Shown here: in pieces, positions 7,105 through 15,619 of the stretch
Numbering within the stretch: the first letter of the stretch is position 1
Layout: every line of letters begins with the position of its first letter
Assembly (NCBI RefSeq): GCF_033845285.1
Contig: NZ_JAWXCX010000001.1
Coordinates: forward strand, 239,495 to 263,494
Direction: 5' to 3'
Length of the DNA stretch: 24,000 bases
Source: Marinococcus sp. PL1-022
GTDB taxonomy: Bacteria; Bacillota; Bacilli; Bacillales; Marinococcaceae
The notes under the pieces: generated by a model
Database searches by the model: none
Seen by the model: only the letters and a program-made list of their open reading frames with translations
What the model was told of the DNA's origin: nothing
Translations under genes and position numbers: made by a program

Positions 7105-9087
7105 ATGAAAAAAACGGCTGCAGCTGCGGGCGCCATAATGCTCATTGGAGGGCTGAGTGCCTGCAGTAACCGCGAGAGTGCGGAAGACAAAATGCAGGAA
7201 TTTACGGACGCATGGAACAATCAAAATTTCGAAGAAATGTACGGGTATTTAAGCTCAGATGCGCGCGAACAGATCAATAAGGAAACGTTTATTAACCGGC
7301 ATGAAACGATTTATGAGGATACAAACGCTGAAGAACTGAATGTTCAAACCAGTGAGACCGACGAGGAAGCTGAAGGAGAAGAAACAGCGCTTCCTTTCTC
7401 TGTGAGCATGACAACGAGCGCGGGGGATGTTTCCTTTGAGCAGGAAGCCTCCTGGGTACTTGAAGAGACAGAAGACGGGGAGGAGTGGCAGCTGGACTGG
7501 TCGCCTTCGTACATATTTGAAGAATTGGGATGGGAAGAGACGGTAAATGTCGAACGGACGGAGCCGGTACGCGGGGAAATTCTGGCGGAAGGCGGTGATC
7601 CGCTTGCGACAAACGTGGAAACGACCAGAGTCAGTCTGGTGCCCGGCAGCATGGGGGAAGAGCAGGATGAGACAATTTCCGCGCTCGCAGACGACCTGGA
7701 TATGTCAGAAGAAGATATTAGCGGAGCACTCGATCAGGACTGGGTGACAGATGAAAGCGCGGTTCCGGTGAAGACGCTTTCTCCTGACAATCAGGAAGCA
7801 GCATCAGACGTGGAGGATCTGCCTGGAGTGCAGCTTTCTGACGTTGGAAGCCAGCGGTATTATCCGGAACAGGAAGCCGCAGCTCATTTAACAGGATACA
7901 TCGGAAGCATTTCCGGAGAAGAGCTTGAAGAACGGGGCGGGACGTATACACAGTCATCCCAAATCGGCAAAGCCGGACTTGAATACGTTTATGAAGAGCG
8001 CCTTCGAGGGGAGCCCGGTATGCTTATCTCTACTTCGGAAGACGATGTGATCGCAGAGGAAGAAACGGTCGCCGGAGAGGACGTGCAGACGACCATCGAT
8101 ACCTCCCTGCAGGAGCGTGCTTATGAGCAGATAGAGGAAGATGTAGGAGCCACAGTAGCGCTGGATCCCCGGAACGGCGATACGCGGGCGCTGGTCAGCG
8201 CCCCTTCCTACAACCCGAACAACTATATTTACGGCTGGCCGGAGGACGAATTGGAGGAGTTTAATGACAGCGAAAATCGTCCGCGTGCTGCTAAATTTAA
8301 CAGCACCTATGCGCCAGGTTCAACAGTGAAGCCTATCACTGCTTCGGTCGGCCTGAGCAACGAAGCGATTACGCCGGATGAGGAAATGACGATCGAAGGC
8401 CTTGAGTGGCAGCCGGACAGCTCCTGGGGCGGTTATTCGGTGACCCGGGTGGATGATGAACTTAGCGAAGTGAACCTGCGCGAGGCATTAATTACGTCAG
8501 ATAATATTTATTTTGCCCGCACAGCGCTTAATACCGGAGCAGAAGATTTCACTGCCGGTCTGGAAGGCTTCGGCTTTAATCAGGAGATTCCATATGATTT
8601 TCCAATAGGAGAGTCGACGATTGCTTCTGAGGGTCTTGATTCTGAAGTGCTGCTTGCTGATACCGGCTATGGCCAGGGACAGATGCAGATGTCTCCAGTT
8701 CATCTGGCTTCAGCTTTTACGGCGTTCGTAAATGAGGGAGATATGCTGGCTCCGCAGCTTCTCGCTTCTTCTGACCGAAAAGTGTGGGAGGAAAACGTGG
8801 TGCCTGAAAGCGGCATTTCGACGATTCAGGAGGGCCTTGAAGGAGTCGTAGAGGATGACCGCGGCTCTGCCTATGAGCCTGTAAATGAAAGCATTTCAGT
8901 TTCAGGCAAGACCGGCACGGCGGAACTGAAGCAGGCCGGAGAAGAAGAGGGGACGGAAAACGGCTGGTTTGTGGCGTATGATAATGAAGAAGAAGATTTA
9001 TTGATTGCGTCGATGATCAAGAACGTCGAAGACCGGGGCGGAAGCAGCTACGTAGTGGAGCAGACCAAGCCATTGTTTGAAGAATAA
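7105..9087 (+). CDS. pbpC: Class B penicillin-binding protein with an NTF2-like (MecA_N) N-terminal domain; lipoprotein (PBP3/PbpC-like)
   Basis: ATG 7105 follows GGAGGGG. The signal peptide ends in the lipobox LSAC. The N-terminus (F.DAWN.QNFEEMY..L) parallels B. subtilis PBP3 and S. aureus PBP2a. Transpeptidase motifs STVK (SxxK), SDN (SxN) and KTGT (KTG) are present in the correct order. Confidence 0.9.
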   Translation: MKKTAAAAGAIMLIGGLSACSNRESAEDKMQEFTDAWNNQNFEEMYGYLSSDAREQINKETFINRHETIYEDTNAEELNVQTSETDEEAEGEETALPFSVSMTTSAGDVSFEQEASWVLEETEDGEEWQLDWSPSYIFEELGWEETVNVERTEPVRGEILAEGGDPLATNVETTRVSLVPGSMGEEQDETISALADDLDMSEEDISGALDQDWVTDESAVPVKTLSPDNQEAASDVEDLPGVQLSDVGSQRYYPEQEAAAHLTGYIGSISGEELEERGGTYTQSSQIGKAGLEYVYEERLRGEPGMLISTSEDDVIAEEETVAGEDVQTTIDTSLQERAYEQIEEDVGATVALDPRNGDTRALVSAPSYNPNNYIYGWPEDELEEFNDSENRPRAAKFNSTYAPGSTVKPITASVGLSNEAITPDEEMTIEGLEWQPDSSWGGYSVTRVDDELSEVNLREALITSDNIYFARTALNTGAEDFTAGLEGFGFNQEIPYDFPIGESTIASEGLDSEVLLADTGYGQGQMQMSPVHLASAFTAFVNEGDMLAPQLLASSDRKVWEENVVPESGISTIQEGLEGVVEDDRGSAYEPVNESISVSGKTGTAELKQAGEEEGTENGWFVAYDNEEEDLLIASMIKNVEDRGGSSYVVEQTKPLFEE

Positions 9088-9208
9088 CCCTTTCACTAAA
9101 TTGTCATTGAGGTACAAAGAAAAAATTTAGTTGTTTTCTCATACATCAGACGAATTACGGGTATGGGGAGAAAAGGAATCTTTGTATGTCAGACGAGGGG
9201 GTGAAAGA

Positions 9209-9817
9209 ATGACAGGACTGTTTATTGATCCGTTTTTATGGATCACCATTGGCTTGATTTTGATTGTAATAACGTTTTTGTTTTTCTGGTTCCGTCGCAG
9301 CTATGACCCAATAGGGCGAAAAATTCTGGCTGCAGTATTTATGATTTACCTGGCGACAATCGTACGTTTTACGCTGATCCCGGCACCGTATGAAGGGTCG
9401 CTCGGGCCAGGCCTTCAGCTGGGGGAATATTATCAGTTTCTACCGTTCTATACGATTGTAGAGTCGTTTCAGGAAGGTACATGGCTAGGTGTAATAGGAG
9501 GGCAGATTTTACTGTACCTGCTGCTGCCGATATTTTTTGGCATACTGATCAGTGATGACATTCACTTCATCTGGGCCTTTGCTATTGGTACACTTTTATC
9601 CTTCTCCATACAGCTGATGGAGTTTGGCATTAACTTAATTATTGGCTATCCGACGAGAGTGGCCGACATTGATTCAATTATTTTGAATACGCTCGGCGCG
9701 ATGATCGGCTATGCGATCTTTAAGTATTACCGGCGGTCACGGCGCAAGCAGAACAAACCGGTACTGCCGGATGCTATTGCTCCGCGGGACCGTTCAGCAA
9801 CAGCAGCAAAATTGTAA
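9209..9817 (+). CDS. VanZ-like family membrane protein
   Basis: ATG 9209 follows GGGGGTGA. It has multiple TM helices, and the early IYLATIVRFTLIP segment is typical of VanZ-like proteins. The tail is basic. Confidence 0.65.
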   Translation: MTGLFIDPFLWITIGLILIVITFLFFWFRRSYDPIGRKILAAVFMIYLATIVRFTLIPAPYEGSLGPGLQLGEYYQFLPFYTIVESFQEGTWLGVIGGQILLYLLLPIFFGILISDDIHFIWAFAIGTLLSFSIQLMEFGINLIIGYPTRVADIDSIILNTLGAMIGYAIFKYYRRSRRKQNKPVLPDAIAPRDRSATAAKL

Positions 9818-9820
9818 ATG

Positions 9821-9859
9821 AAAAGCCGCTATCTTCTTGTGGGAGACGGCGGCTTTTTC
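9821..9859. terminator. Terminator between convergent genes
   Basis: AAAAGCCGC ... GCGGCTTTTT with inner pairing TCT/AGA. An A-run sits on one side and a T-run on the other. Confidence 0.6.
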
Positions 9860-9867
9860 TGTATGTC

Positions 9868-10230
9868 TCAGCGTTTATCTCTGCTGCATTCAAGCGCCCA
9901 TTGGATGAGCGGCAGCTGCAAAGGGAGGCGCAACCAGTATAAAAGCGGGTAGGACCTGCCGTTTGGACGTAAAGGAATCCTTTTAACAGCCATATATACG
10001 TTGGCCGGGAAAATAAGTATAAAAAAGACGGCAGCCGGCTTGCCGGCGTATTTACTCCATTTCTGCATCGTAAAAGCAGTGCCTAAAACCAGCTCTGCTG
10101 CTCCGGATACGTATACCGCAGCTCTTCTCCCGTGGATCTTTAGCGGCAGAATACGCTCGAATTTTTCAGGTGAAGTGAAATGCAGAATGCCGGCAGGAAA
10201 AAGGATTGCTGCGAGAAGCCATCGTTTCAT
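9868..10230 (-). CDS. DoxX-like small membrane protein
   Basis: The internal ATG at 10230 (GAAAGGAC upstream) gives 120 aa. The sequence is mostly hydrophobic, and the FPANVYMA motif matches my memory of a DoxX-like/COG4270-type family. The track ORF extends to 10359, but its extra N-terminus does not look protein-like. Confidence 0.5.
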   Translation of the reverse strand: MKRWLLAAILFPAGILHFTSPEKFERILPLKIHGRRAAVYVSGAAELVLGTAFTMQKWSKYAGKPAAVFFILIFPANVYMAVKRIPLRPNGRSYPLLYWLRLPLQLPLIQWALECSRDKR

Positions 10231-10253
10231 GATAAGTGACTGTCCTTTCTGTA

Positions 10254-10544
10254 TTAAAATAAAATAAGATATATACACGCCGCACAAAGAATAGCGAGTA
10301 GAAGAAAAACGAGGCGGCGAAGGATATTCTGCCATAGAGGAGACAGAGTGCCTGTCCACTGGTGCACCTGTTTTTCAAGCTTGTGAAAGACAAACATGAT
10401 GCCGGAGGTGTCTTCTGCTGCCTGCTGCCTGGTAAAGGTTAGCGTATGAACGTCTTCCTTCAGACCGATCATTAATGCTACAAACAAAAGCAGCAGAAAA
10501 GGAAAAACTAAAATGAGCTGAAAAACAATAAACATAGCCACCAC
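10254..10544 (-). CDS. Small 2-TM membrane protein, unknown function
   Basis: 96-aa ORF with hydrophobic N- and C-terminal helices and a polar middle. It probably shares an operon with the downstream DoxX-like gene (23-nt gap). Confidence 0.45.
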   Translation of the reverse strand: MVAMFIVFQLILVFPFLLLLFVALMIGLKEDVHTLTFTRQQAAEDTSGIMFVFHKLEKQVHQWTGTLSPLWQNILRRLVFLLLAILCAACIYLILF

Positions 10545-10600
10545 GCTCCTCGTTCCTGTTTTCCCTGTTCATAAAAAAATCAATCCTGAGTGTGAGATTA

Positions 10601-10609
10601 TGGTATACT
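10601..10609 (+). promoter_or_regulatory. Extended -10 promoter element (TGgTATACT) for the riboswitch-crcB transcript
   Basis: TG at 10601-10602 and TATACT at 10604-10609, about 15 nt before the riboswitch. I found no good -35 element. Confidence 0.4.
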
Positions 10610-10621
10610 GGGCAAAGAATA

Positions 10622-10708
10622 GCTGGCGATGGAGTTCGCCGGAACCGCTCTAAAATAGAGCTGATGACTCCTGTCTGTTCACGGGATACGTGTGCAGACA
10701 GGATTTTT
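10622..10708 (+). promoter_or_regulatory. Fluoride riboswitch (crcB motif RNA) with a terminator expression platform
   Basis: GGCGATGGAGTTCGCC..AACCGCTC...GAGCTGATGACTCC reproduces the conserved crcB-motif core known from Bacillus examples. Then comes a 9-bp stem TCCTGTCTG (10669-10677) / CAGACAGGA (10695-10703) followed by TTTTT. The 5' arm of that stem overlaps the 3' end of the aptamer. The element sits directly upstream of the crcB genes. Confidence 0.9.
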
Positions 10709-10731
10709 GCGTTTAATAAGGAGGAAACGAA

Positions 10732-11106
10732 ATGAGACTGTATGTATGGATGGCTGCCGGCGGAGCTCTTGGCAGTCTGCTGCGTTATCTTGTAGACCGG
10801 TTGTTTGCGGCGGCTCCCGGCGTATTTCCATGGGGAACAATGGCGGCAAACATTGCCGGATGTTTTTTACTTGGATGGTTTACCTCGAGGATTATACAGC
10901 GAAAAGCGTGGCCGTCTATGTGGGAGGCTGTAGTAGGCACGGGAGTTATTGGGGCGTTCACGACCTTTTCGACATTCAGTGTGGAAACAATTCAATTAAT
11001 TGAAAACGGGGCTCTGGTTGCGGCCGGGGTATACGTTTTAGTCAGTGCTGCCGGAGGGCTTATAACTGCGGGTATTGGTTACCGTGCAGGAAGGAGAAAA
11101 AGCTGA
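10732..11106 (+). CDS. crcB: Fluoride ion channel CrcB/Fluc, paralog 1
   Basis: 124 aa with 4 TM. Contains GSLLRY, GT..AN..G and the GAFTTFSTFS motif. RBS AAGGAGG. Lies downstream of the fluoride riboswitch. Confidence 0.95.
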   Translation: MRLYVWMAAGGALGSLLRYLVDRLFAAAPGVFPWGTMAANIAGCFLLGWFTSRIIQRKAWPSMWEAVVGTGVIGAFTTFSTFSVETIQLIENGALVAAGVYVLVSAAGGLITAGIGYRAGRRKS

Positions 11107-11456
11107 TGACATGGCTGCTTGTCGCTCTTGGAGGAGCTGTTGGGGCTGCTGCCCGCGCAGCGTTGGTATCATGGTCCAAAGAAAACGGATGGCACCGGGT
11201 GCTGCCGTTTGGCACGATGTTTGTAAATGTATCGGGATCGTTTTTTCTCGGACTGGTCGTGGCGCGGGAAGCCGGTATTACAGAAACAGCGGGCATTGGC
11301 ATCGGTTTTTTAGGTGCGTTCACGACCTTTTCGACCTTTAATATGGAAATCATTCAAAAAATTGAAGCTGGTGAAGGGAGAAGTGCTTTGCTGTACGGAG
11401 TCGCAAGCTATGCCCTGGGGCTTTTGGCGGCGGCAGCCGGATATTTCTTTGGATGA
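11106..11456 (+). CDS. crcB: Fluoride ion channel CrcB/Fluc, paralog 2
   Basis: 116 aa. Contains GT..VN..GSF.LG and GAFTTFSTF. Its start overlaps the upstream stop by 1 nt (TGATG), which implies translational coupling. Confidence 0.95.
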   Translation: MTWLLVALGGAVGAAARAALVSWSKENGWHRVLPFGTMFVNVSGSFFLGLVVAREAGITETAGIGIGFLGAFTTFSTFNMEIIQKIEAGEGRSALLYGVASYALGLLAAAAGYFFG

Positions 11457-11492
11457 CAAAAGCCGTTTCCCCAGACAAAGGAAACGGCTTTT
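11457..11492. terminator. Bidirectional terminator (crcB / MFS gene)
   Basis: AAAAGCCGTTTCC ... GGAAACGGCTTTT is a perfect 13-nt inverted repeat with flanking A and T runs. Confidence 0.8.
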
Positions 11493-11495
11493 CAT

Positions 11496-12683
11496 TCATT
11501 TCGGGGAATTCTCCCCGGCTGTCTGAACATGAAAACGGATAAGCCAGGTAATCAAAATTCCGGCGAGTGCAAGCAGTGCGCCGAAATAAAAGACGCTGGA
11601 AAGGGAAAGCTGCTCTGCGACAGATCCGGCGACGACCGGGCCAAGCAGAATCCCTGCGGCGTAAAACGACTGGTAAAAGCCCATTGCACTCGCCTTCAGC
11701 GGCCCTGGGCTCACCTGGACAACCATTCCCAAAAGCAGCGGCAGCACAATTCCCAGGGCGAGCCCGAGCACCACCTGGTTCAGGCTCAGCTCCCATAAAG
11801 AAGCAGTTGACGGCATCCACGCAAGCGCTGCCGCCCCGGTAAGAAAGGAACCGTAAAGAAGTGGTTTGTGCAGCCGGAGCGGTATGGTATAAAACGATAA
11901 AAACAAGGATGCCAAAAGGTGCGGAATAAAAAAGGCAATGAAAATAACGACTAATGTCCGCTCCGTAGCCCCTATCGAAGACGCGTACAGCGGGGTGAAG
12001 CCGAAAATCGTCATGAAAATAATAGAATGACCGATAAAGCTCGCGCACGTAAGCCAGCGCAGGTCATGCAGCCGGAGAGTCCGGCTGATTAAAGAACGAA
12101 TTTTCAACGGCTCTGTCCTGGTCTGAACCGGTATTTCTTTTGTGAAAAGCGTAAATCCAATGCCGATCAGTGAAAAGGCCGCGGCAATCCAGAACAGCGC
12201 TGTAAACCCGAACAGATCAGCCAGATAGCCACTGAACATCATGCTGATAAACTGGGTGAAAACTGTTAAGAGCTGCAGAATGCCCATCGCTCTTGAGGAC
12301 TGATCGGCAGAAAAGTACCGGGAGTACATAATCGTCGCCATCACCCACATGGAGGCGGTCACCCCGGCAAGCAGCCGGGCGGTAAAAACCGCCGCAAAGG
12401 AATCAGATAAGACGAGCAGCACGCCGCTGATGAATCCACTGACAAATCCCACAATCAGCAGTTTTTTCAACAGCCCCTTCAAAGCATCGGAAAGAATGCC
12501 GAGCGGATAGCGCAACAGTACCTGCGTCGCCCCGTACGCACCGAGAATAACGCCGATTGCGGTGTAGGTGAAGCTGCTGTTTTCCAAATACAGACTAAAT
12601 ACCGGGACATACACATAGGTTGCGAACCAAAAGCAAAAAACAGCGGTTAAAAACAGGGCGTGATCACGTTTTGTAATAGTCAT
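11496..12683 (-). CDS. MFS transporter
   Basis: About 395 aa from ATG 12683 (AAGGATG upstream). It has about 12 hydrophobic segments, and the loop 2-3 motif G.LSD is typical of the MFS. Substrate not inferable. Confidence 0.85.
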   Translation of the reverse strand: MTITKRDHALFLTAVFCFWFATYVYVPVFSLYLENSSFTYTAIGVILGAYGATQVLLRYPLGILSDALKGLLKKLLIVGFVSGFISGVLLVLSDSFAAVFTARLLAGVTASMWVMATIMYSRYFSADQSSRAMGILQLLTVFTQFISMMFSGYLADLFGFTALFWIAAAFSLIGIGFTLFTKEIPVQTRTEPLKIRSLISRTLRLHDLRWLTCASFIGHSIIFMTIFGFTPLYASSIGATERTLVVIFIAFFIPHLLASLFLSFYTIPLRLHKPLLYGSFLTGAAALAWMPSTASLWELSLNQVVLGLALGIVLPLLLGMVVQVSPGPLKASAMGFYQSFYAAGILLGPVVAGSVAEQLSLSSVFYFGALLALAGILITWLIRFHVQTAGENSPK

Positions 12684-12871
12684 GGCTATCATCCTTATGT
12701 AAAAAATCAATCATTTGCGTAAAAAGCAGCTGCTCCCATCATAAACCAATTAAGTCTGAAAGATAAGCGCTTACCTTTAATTTCAATAAATAAGGAGAAA
12801 GGGAACAAGCTATTGCTTGTCGAACATTTTAAGGTCAGGGTCTGTTTTCGAAAGAATTACTCTGTAATTTA

Positions 12872-12880
12872 TGGTATAAA
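12872..12880 (+). promoter_or_regulatory. Possible extended -10 promoter element (TGgTATAAA) for the ABC operon
   Basis: TG at 12872-12873 and TATAAA at 12875-12880, about 60 nt upstream of ATG 12939. There is no convincing -35. Confidence 0.3.
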
Positions 12881-12938
12881 ATGGATGCTATATTGTTTAT
12901 TATAGAAGGGAAGTTTTCATCCCTGGAGGAGGGCGTAT

Positions 12939-13835
12939 ATGCTTGAAGTAAGTCGTTTATCGAAGCGTTTTTTAGAAAAGCAGGCTGTCGATGAGCTTTC
13001 TTTTTCAATTCAGCCGGGAGAAAGTCTCGGTTTGATTGGCCAGAACGGAGCTGGAAAAACAACTACGTTTCGCATGCTTCTCGGTCTGATGGAGCGTACA
13101 GACGGAGCAATAGAATGGCAGGGCAAAAAAGTGCATCACCTGCCGCTTGAGCAGGTCGGCTATCTGCCGGAAGAACGGGGGCTGTTTGCGGAAGAACAGG
13201 TGGAGCAGCAGCTGCTGTTTCTGGCTGGCCTGAAAAACATGAACAAGAAAGAAGCAAAAACTTCAATGGCCTACTGGCTCGAAGTGTTCGGGCTTGAGAA
13301 GGAAAAGAAGCAGAAATTAAACACGCTCTCCAAGGGCAATCAGCAAAAAATTCAATTGATCGCTGCCCTTGTCCACCGCCCTGATTTTCTTATTCTTGAT
13401 GAACCGTTCAGCGGACTTGATCCAGTGAACACGGATATTTTGAAGGAAGCCATTCAAAACCTGCGCCGGGACGGCGTGACTATCATTTTTTCAAGCCACC
13501 GCATGGAGCACGTGGAAGAAATCTGTGACAAGCTCGTTATGCTTAAAAGCGGAAGGGATATTTTGAGCGGGCGCCTCGGGGAGATCAAGGAGCGCATGGA
13601 TCGCAACCGGATTGTCGCTGAAGCTCCCTGCCCGCTGGAAGATGTAAGGACGTGGGAAGGGGTACAGGAGGTACGTGGATCCGGAGAAAAAATGCACATC
13701 TATACAGATACAAAATCAAGATCCCAGGACATTCTGCAGCAGCTTTTTACATATGGAGACGTCCGTGTCTTCCGGATGGAGCCCCCGTCGCTGGAGGAGA
13801 TTTTTAAAGAGAAAATAGGTGAAAACGATGCGTAA
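12939..13835 (+). CDS. ABC transporter ATP-binding protein (ABC-2 type, YhaQ/NatA-like)
   Basis: 298 aa. Contains Walker A GQNGAGKTT, signature LSKGNQQK, Walker B FLILDEPFSGLD and an H-loop SSHRM, plus a C-terminal extension typical of this subfamily. Confidence 0.9.
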   Translation: MLEVSRLSKRFLEKQAVDELSFSIQPGESLGLIGQNGAGKTTTFRMLLGLMERTDGAIEWQGKKVHHLPLEQVGYLPEERGLFAEEQVEQQLLFLAGLKNMNKKEAKTSMAYWLEVFGLEKEKKQKLNTLSKGNQQKIQLIAALVHRPDFLILDEPFSGLDPVNTDILKEAIQNLRRDGVTIIFSSHRMEHVEEICDKLVMLKSGRDILSGRLGEIKERMDRNRIVAEAPCPLEDVRTWEGVQEVRGSGEKMHIYTDTKSRSQDILQQLFTYGDVRVFRMEPPSLEEIFKEKIGENDA

Positions 13836-15054
13836 TATGTGGAGAATTTTTGCTCATACGTTTCGGGTACGGGCAGGTGCAAAATCATTTATTGTGTCGA
13901 CGGCGGTTATGCTTGTGGTCGTGCTTATCGCTCTGAGCCTGCCCAGAATTATCGACTTTTTCGGGGACGGGGAAGCAGAGATCAGCAGCCTGGCTGTTGT
14001 CAATGAAAGTGACTCCCTTCAGCTTCCCGGAGAAGCTGCCGGTATAGAGCTTGTGCCGTACGGGCAGGAAGCACAGGCAGAAAACGCCTGGGAGAACGGA
14101 GAAACAGACGGCTACCTGCTCTTTGAAAGCAGCGAAAACGGATATGATGGAAATTTATATACCGATGAAGATACGGGGGACGCGGCTCGCGCCCTTTCCG
14201 CCGGCATCCAGCAGGCACATGTCTCGCAATACGCACAAGAGCTCGGTATTACGGGTGAAGAGGTCCAGAATATTACCTCACCTGTGCAGATTGCAGAAAG
14301 TACAAAGGGCAGTGGAGGGAGCGGAGGCTCCTCCTCCGAAGAGGGGTTTAATCTTCTTTCCTACGCGGTTGTCTTTATAATTTACATTTATTCACTGATG
14401 TGCGGAATCATGATTGCCATGCAGATTGCCAAGGATAAGGAGCAGCGGGTGATGGAAATTCTTATTTCAAGTGCCTCCCCTGTTCAGCACTTGTTCGGCC
14501 GGGCATTCGGAGTATCGGCCATCTGGCTTTTCCAAATGGCCCTGGTGGCGGTAACGGCAGTGATATACGTAAACGCCGCCGGTCTCGATGACATCACCTC
14601 GCTTATCAGCTCGGCAGGAGGAGCCGCAGTTTCCACCTGGATATATGCCGTGGTGTTCCTGCTTCTTGGGATTGTTCTTTATGGAACGCTGTACGCCATG
14701 GTCGGATCGATGGCAGCCAAAACGGAAGAGGTCCAGAACTTCAGCCAGCCGCTGACATTTCTGCTCGTGGGTGCATTTGTCCTGTCGAACTTCGGGCTCG
14801 CGGCTCCGGGGAATATTTTCGTGACTGCAAGCTCCTTCATTCCTTTTTTCACCCCGTTTACAATGTTTGTGAGAACGAATGCATTAGACGTTCCGTGGTG
14901 GCAGATGGGTCTTAGCATCGGACTCAGCCTTGCTCTGGTGGCAGCGGCAGCCTGGTTCAGCGTCCGTCTGTACCGGGGCAGCGTCCTCGTTTACAGCAGT
15001 GATTCATTTAGCAGAAGGGTCAAGCAGGCACGGGAACTTGCCCGCAAAAAGTGA
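13828..15054 (+). CDS. ABC-2 family permease (YhaP/NatB-like)
   Basis: ATG 13828 follows AGGTGA and overlaps the ATPase stop by 8 nt. It has one N-terminal TM, then a long acidic extracytoplasmic domain ending in GSGGSGGSSSE, then about 5 TM helices. Confidence 0.8.
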   Translation: MRNMWRIFAHTFRVRAGAKSFIVSTAVMLVVVLIALSLPRIIDFFGDGEAEISSLAVVNESDSLQLPGEAAGIELVPYGQEAQAENAWENGETDGYLLFESSENGYDGNLYTDEDTGDAARALSAGIQQAHVSQYAQELGITGEEVQNITSPVQIAESTKGSGGSGGSSSEEGFNLLSYAVVFIIYIYSLMCGIMIAMQIAKDKEQRVMEILISSASPVQHLFGRAFGVSAIWLFQMALVAVTAVIYVNAAGLDDITSLISSAGGAAVSTWIYAVVFLLLGIVLYGTLYAMVGSMAAKTEEVQNFSQPLTFLLVGAFVLSNFGLAAPGNIFVTASSFIPFFTPFTMFVRTNALDVPWWQMGLSIGLSLALVAAAAWFSVRLYRGSVLVYSSDSFSRRVKQARELARKK

Positions 15055-15113
15055 TACACTAAAGCTGTACCCTCTATTCTCTTATGCTCACAGGAAAAAG
15101 GAGATGATCGTAT

Positions 15114-15488
15114 ATGGGATTGTTTGATGCCCTGATGGGAAATGCCTCTGACGCGGATTCGAAAAAAGTGGAAGAAGAGCTGCGGGAGTGGTTAACGGCA
15201 GGCGAGCAGGTCGAAAGTGCTTTTAAACTGTACCGGGATTTAATGGTATTTACAAACAAGCGCCTGATTATGATCGACAAGCAGGGAGTCACTGGTAAAA
15301 AGGTGGAATACCACACTATTCCGTACCGGAGCATTTCCCACTACAGAGTAGAAACCGCCGGCACATTTGATTTGGACAGCGAATTGAAAATATGGGTAGG
15401 CAGTAGTGCGGAGCCTATATCCAAGACCTTCCGAAATGATGATAATATTTTTGACGTCCAGCGTGCGCTGAGTAAGTACGTGCTGTAA
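15114..15488 (+). CDS. Bacterial PH-domain protein (bPH_1 / YvbH-like)
   Basis: 124 aa. The sequence MGLFDALMGNAS....L.EGE....AFKL.RDL.VFTNKRLI..DKQG.TGKKVEYH.IPY.SI.H..VETAG.FDLD.ELKIW closely follows the YvbH-type family pattern I remember. RBS AAAGGAG. Confidence 0.8.
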   Translation: MGLFDALMGNASDADSKKVEEELREWLTAGEQVESAFKLYRDLMVFTNKRLIMIDKQGVTGKKVEYHTIPYRSISHYRVETAGTFDLDSELKIWVGSSAEPISKTFRNDDNIFDVQRALSKYVL

Positions 15489-15495
15489 TAGAATT

Positions 15496-15528
15496 TTCCG
15501 GGTGCCCTTCAGGCATCCGGATTCTTTT
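15496..15528 (+). terminator. Rho-independent terminator
   Basis: 10-bp stem TCCGGGTGCC (15496-15505) / GGCATCCGGA (15511-15520) followed by TTCTTTTT. Confidence 0.8.
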
Positions 15529-15619
15529 TAAGGCAGGAAAGTACATATGATATGATGAACAAAAGAGAATCCACATGAATCAAACGATATCAAAATTTTC
15601 ACAAAGATGGAGGAGCATC

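Noticed and set aside
7292-7957. Several 79-106-aa minus-strand ORFs inside the PBP gene
   Set aside because: They are artefacts of the GAA/GAG/GAT-rich sense strand, whose antisense reads as Ser/Leu/Pro-rich open frames. The sense frame carries all the PBP motifs.
9088-9208. Weak inverted repeat CTAAATT...AATTTAG between the PBP and VanZ-like genes as a possible terminator
   Set aside because: It is a 7-bp AT-only stem with a 21-nt loop and no U-tract, so it is unlikely to terminate transcription.
11350-12048. 232-aa minus-strand ORF in an alternative frame of the MFS gene, extending into the crcB 3' end
   Set aside because: The translation is rich in Arg, Pro and Ala, as expected for an off-frame reading of a hydrophobic-protein gene. 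It crosses a strong bidirectional terminator. The MFS frame explains the region.
15579-15592. cre-like sequence ATCAAACGATATCA upstream of the AraC regulator start
   Set aside because: Only the right half fits the cre consensus. The left TGW triplet is entirely mismatched, so I would not call it without a scoring matrix.
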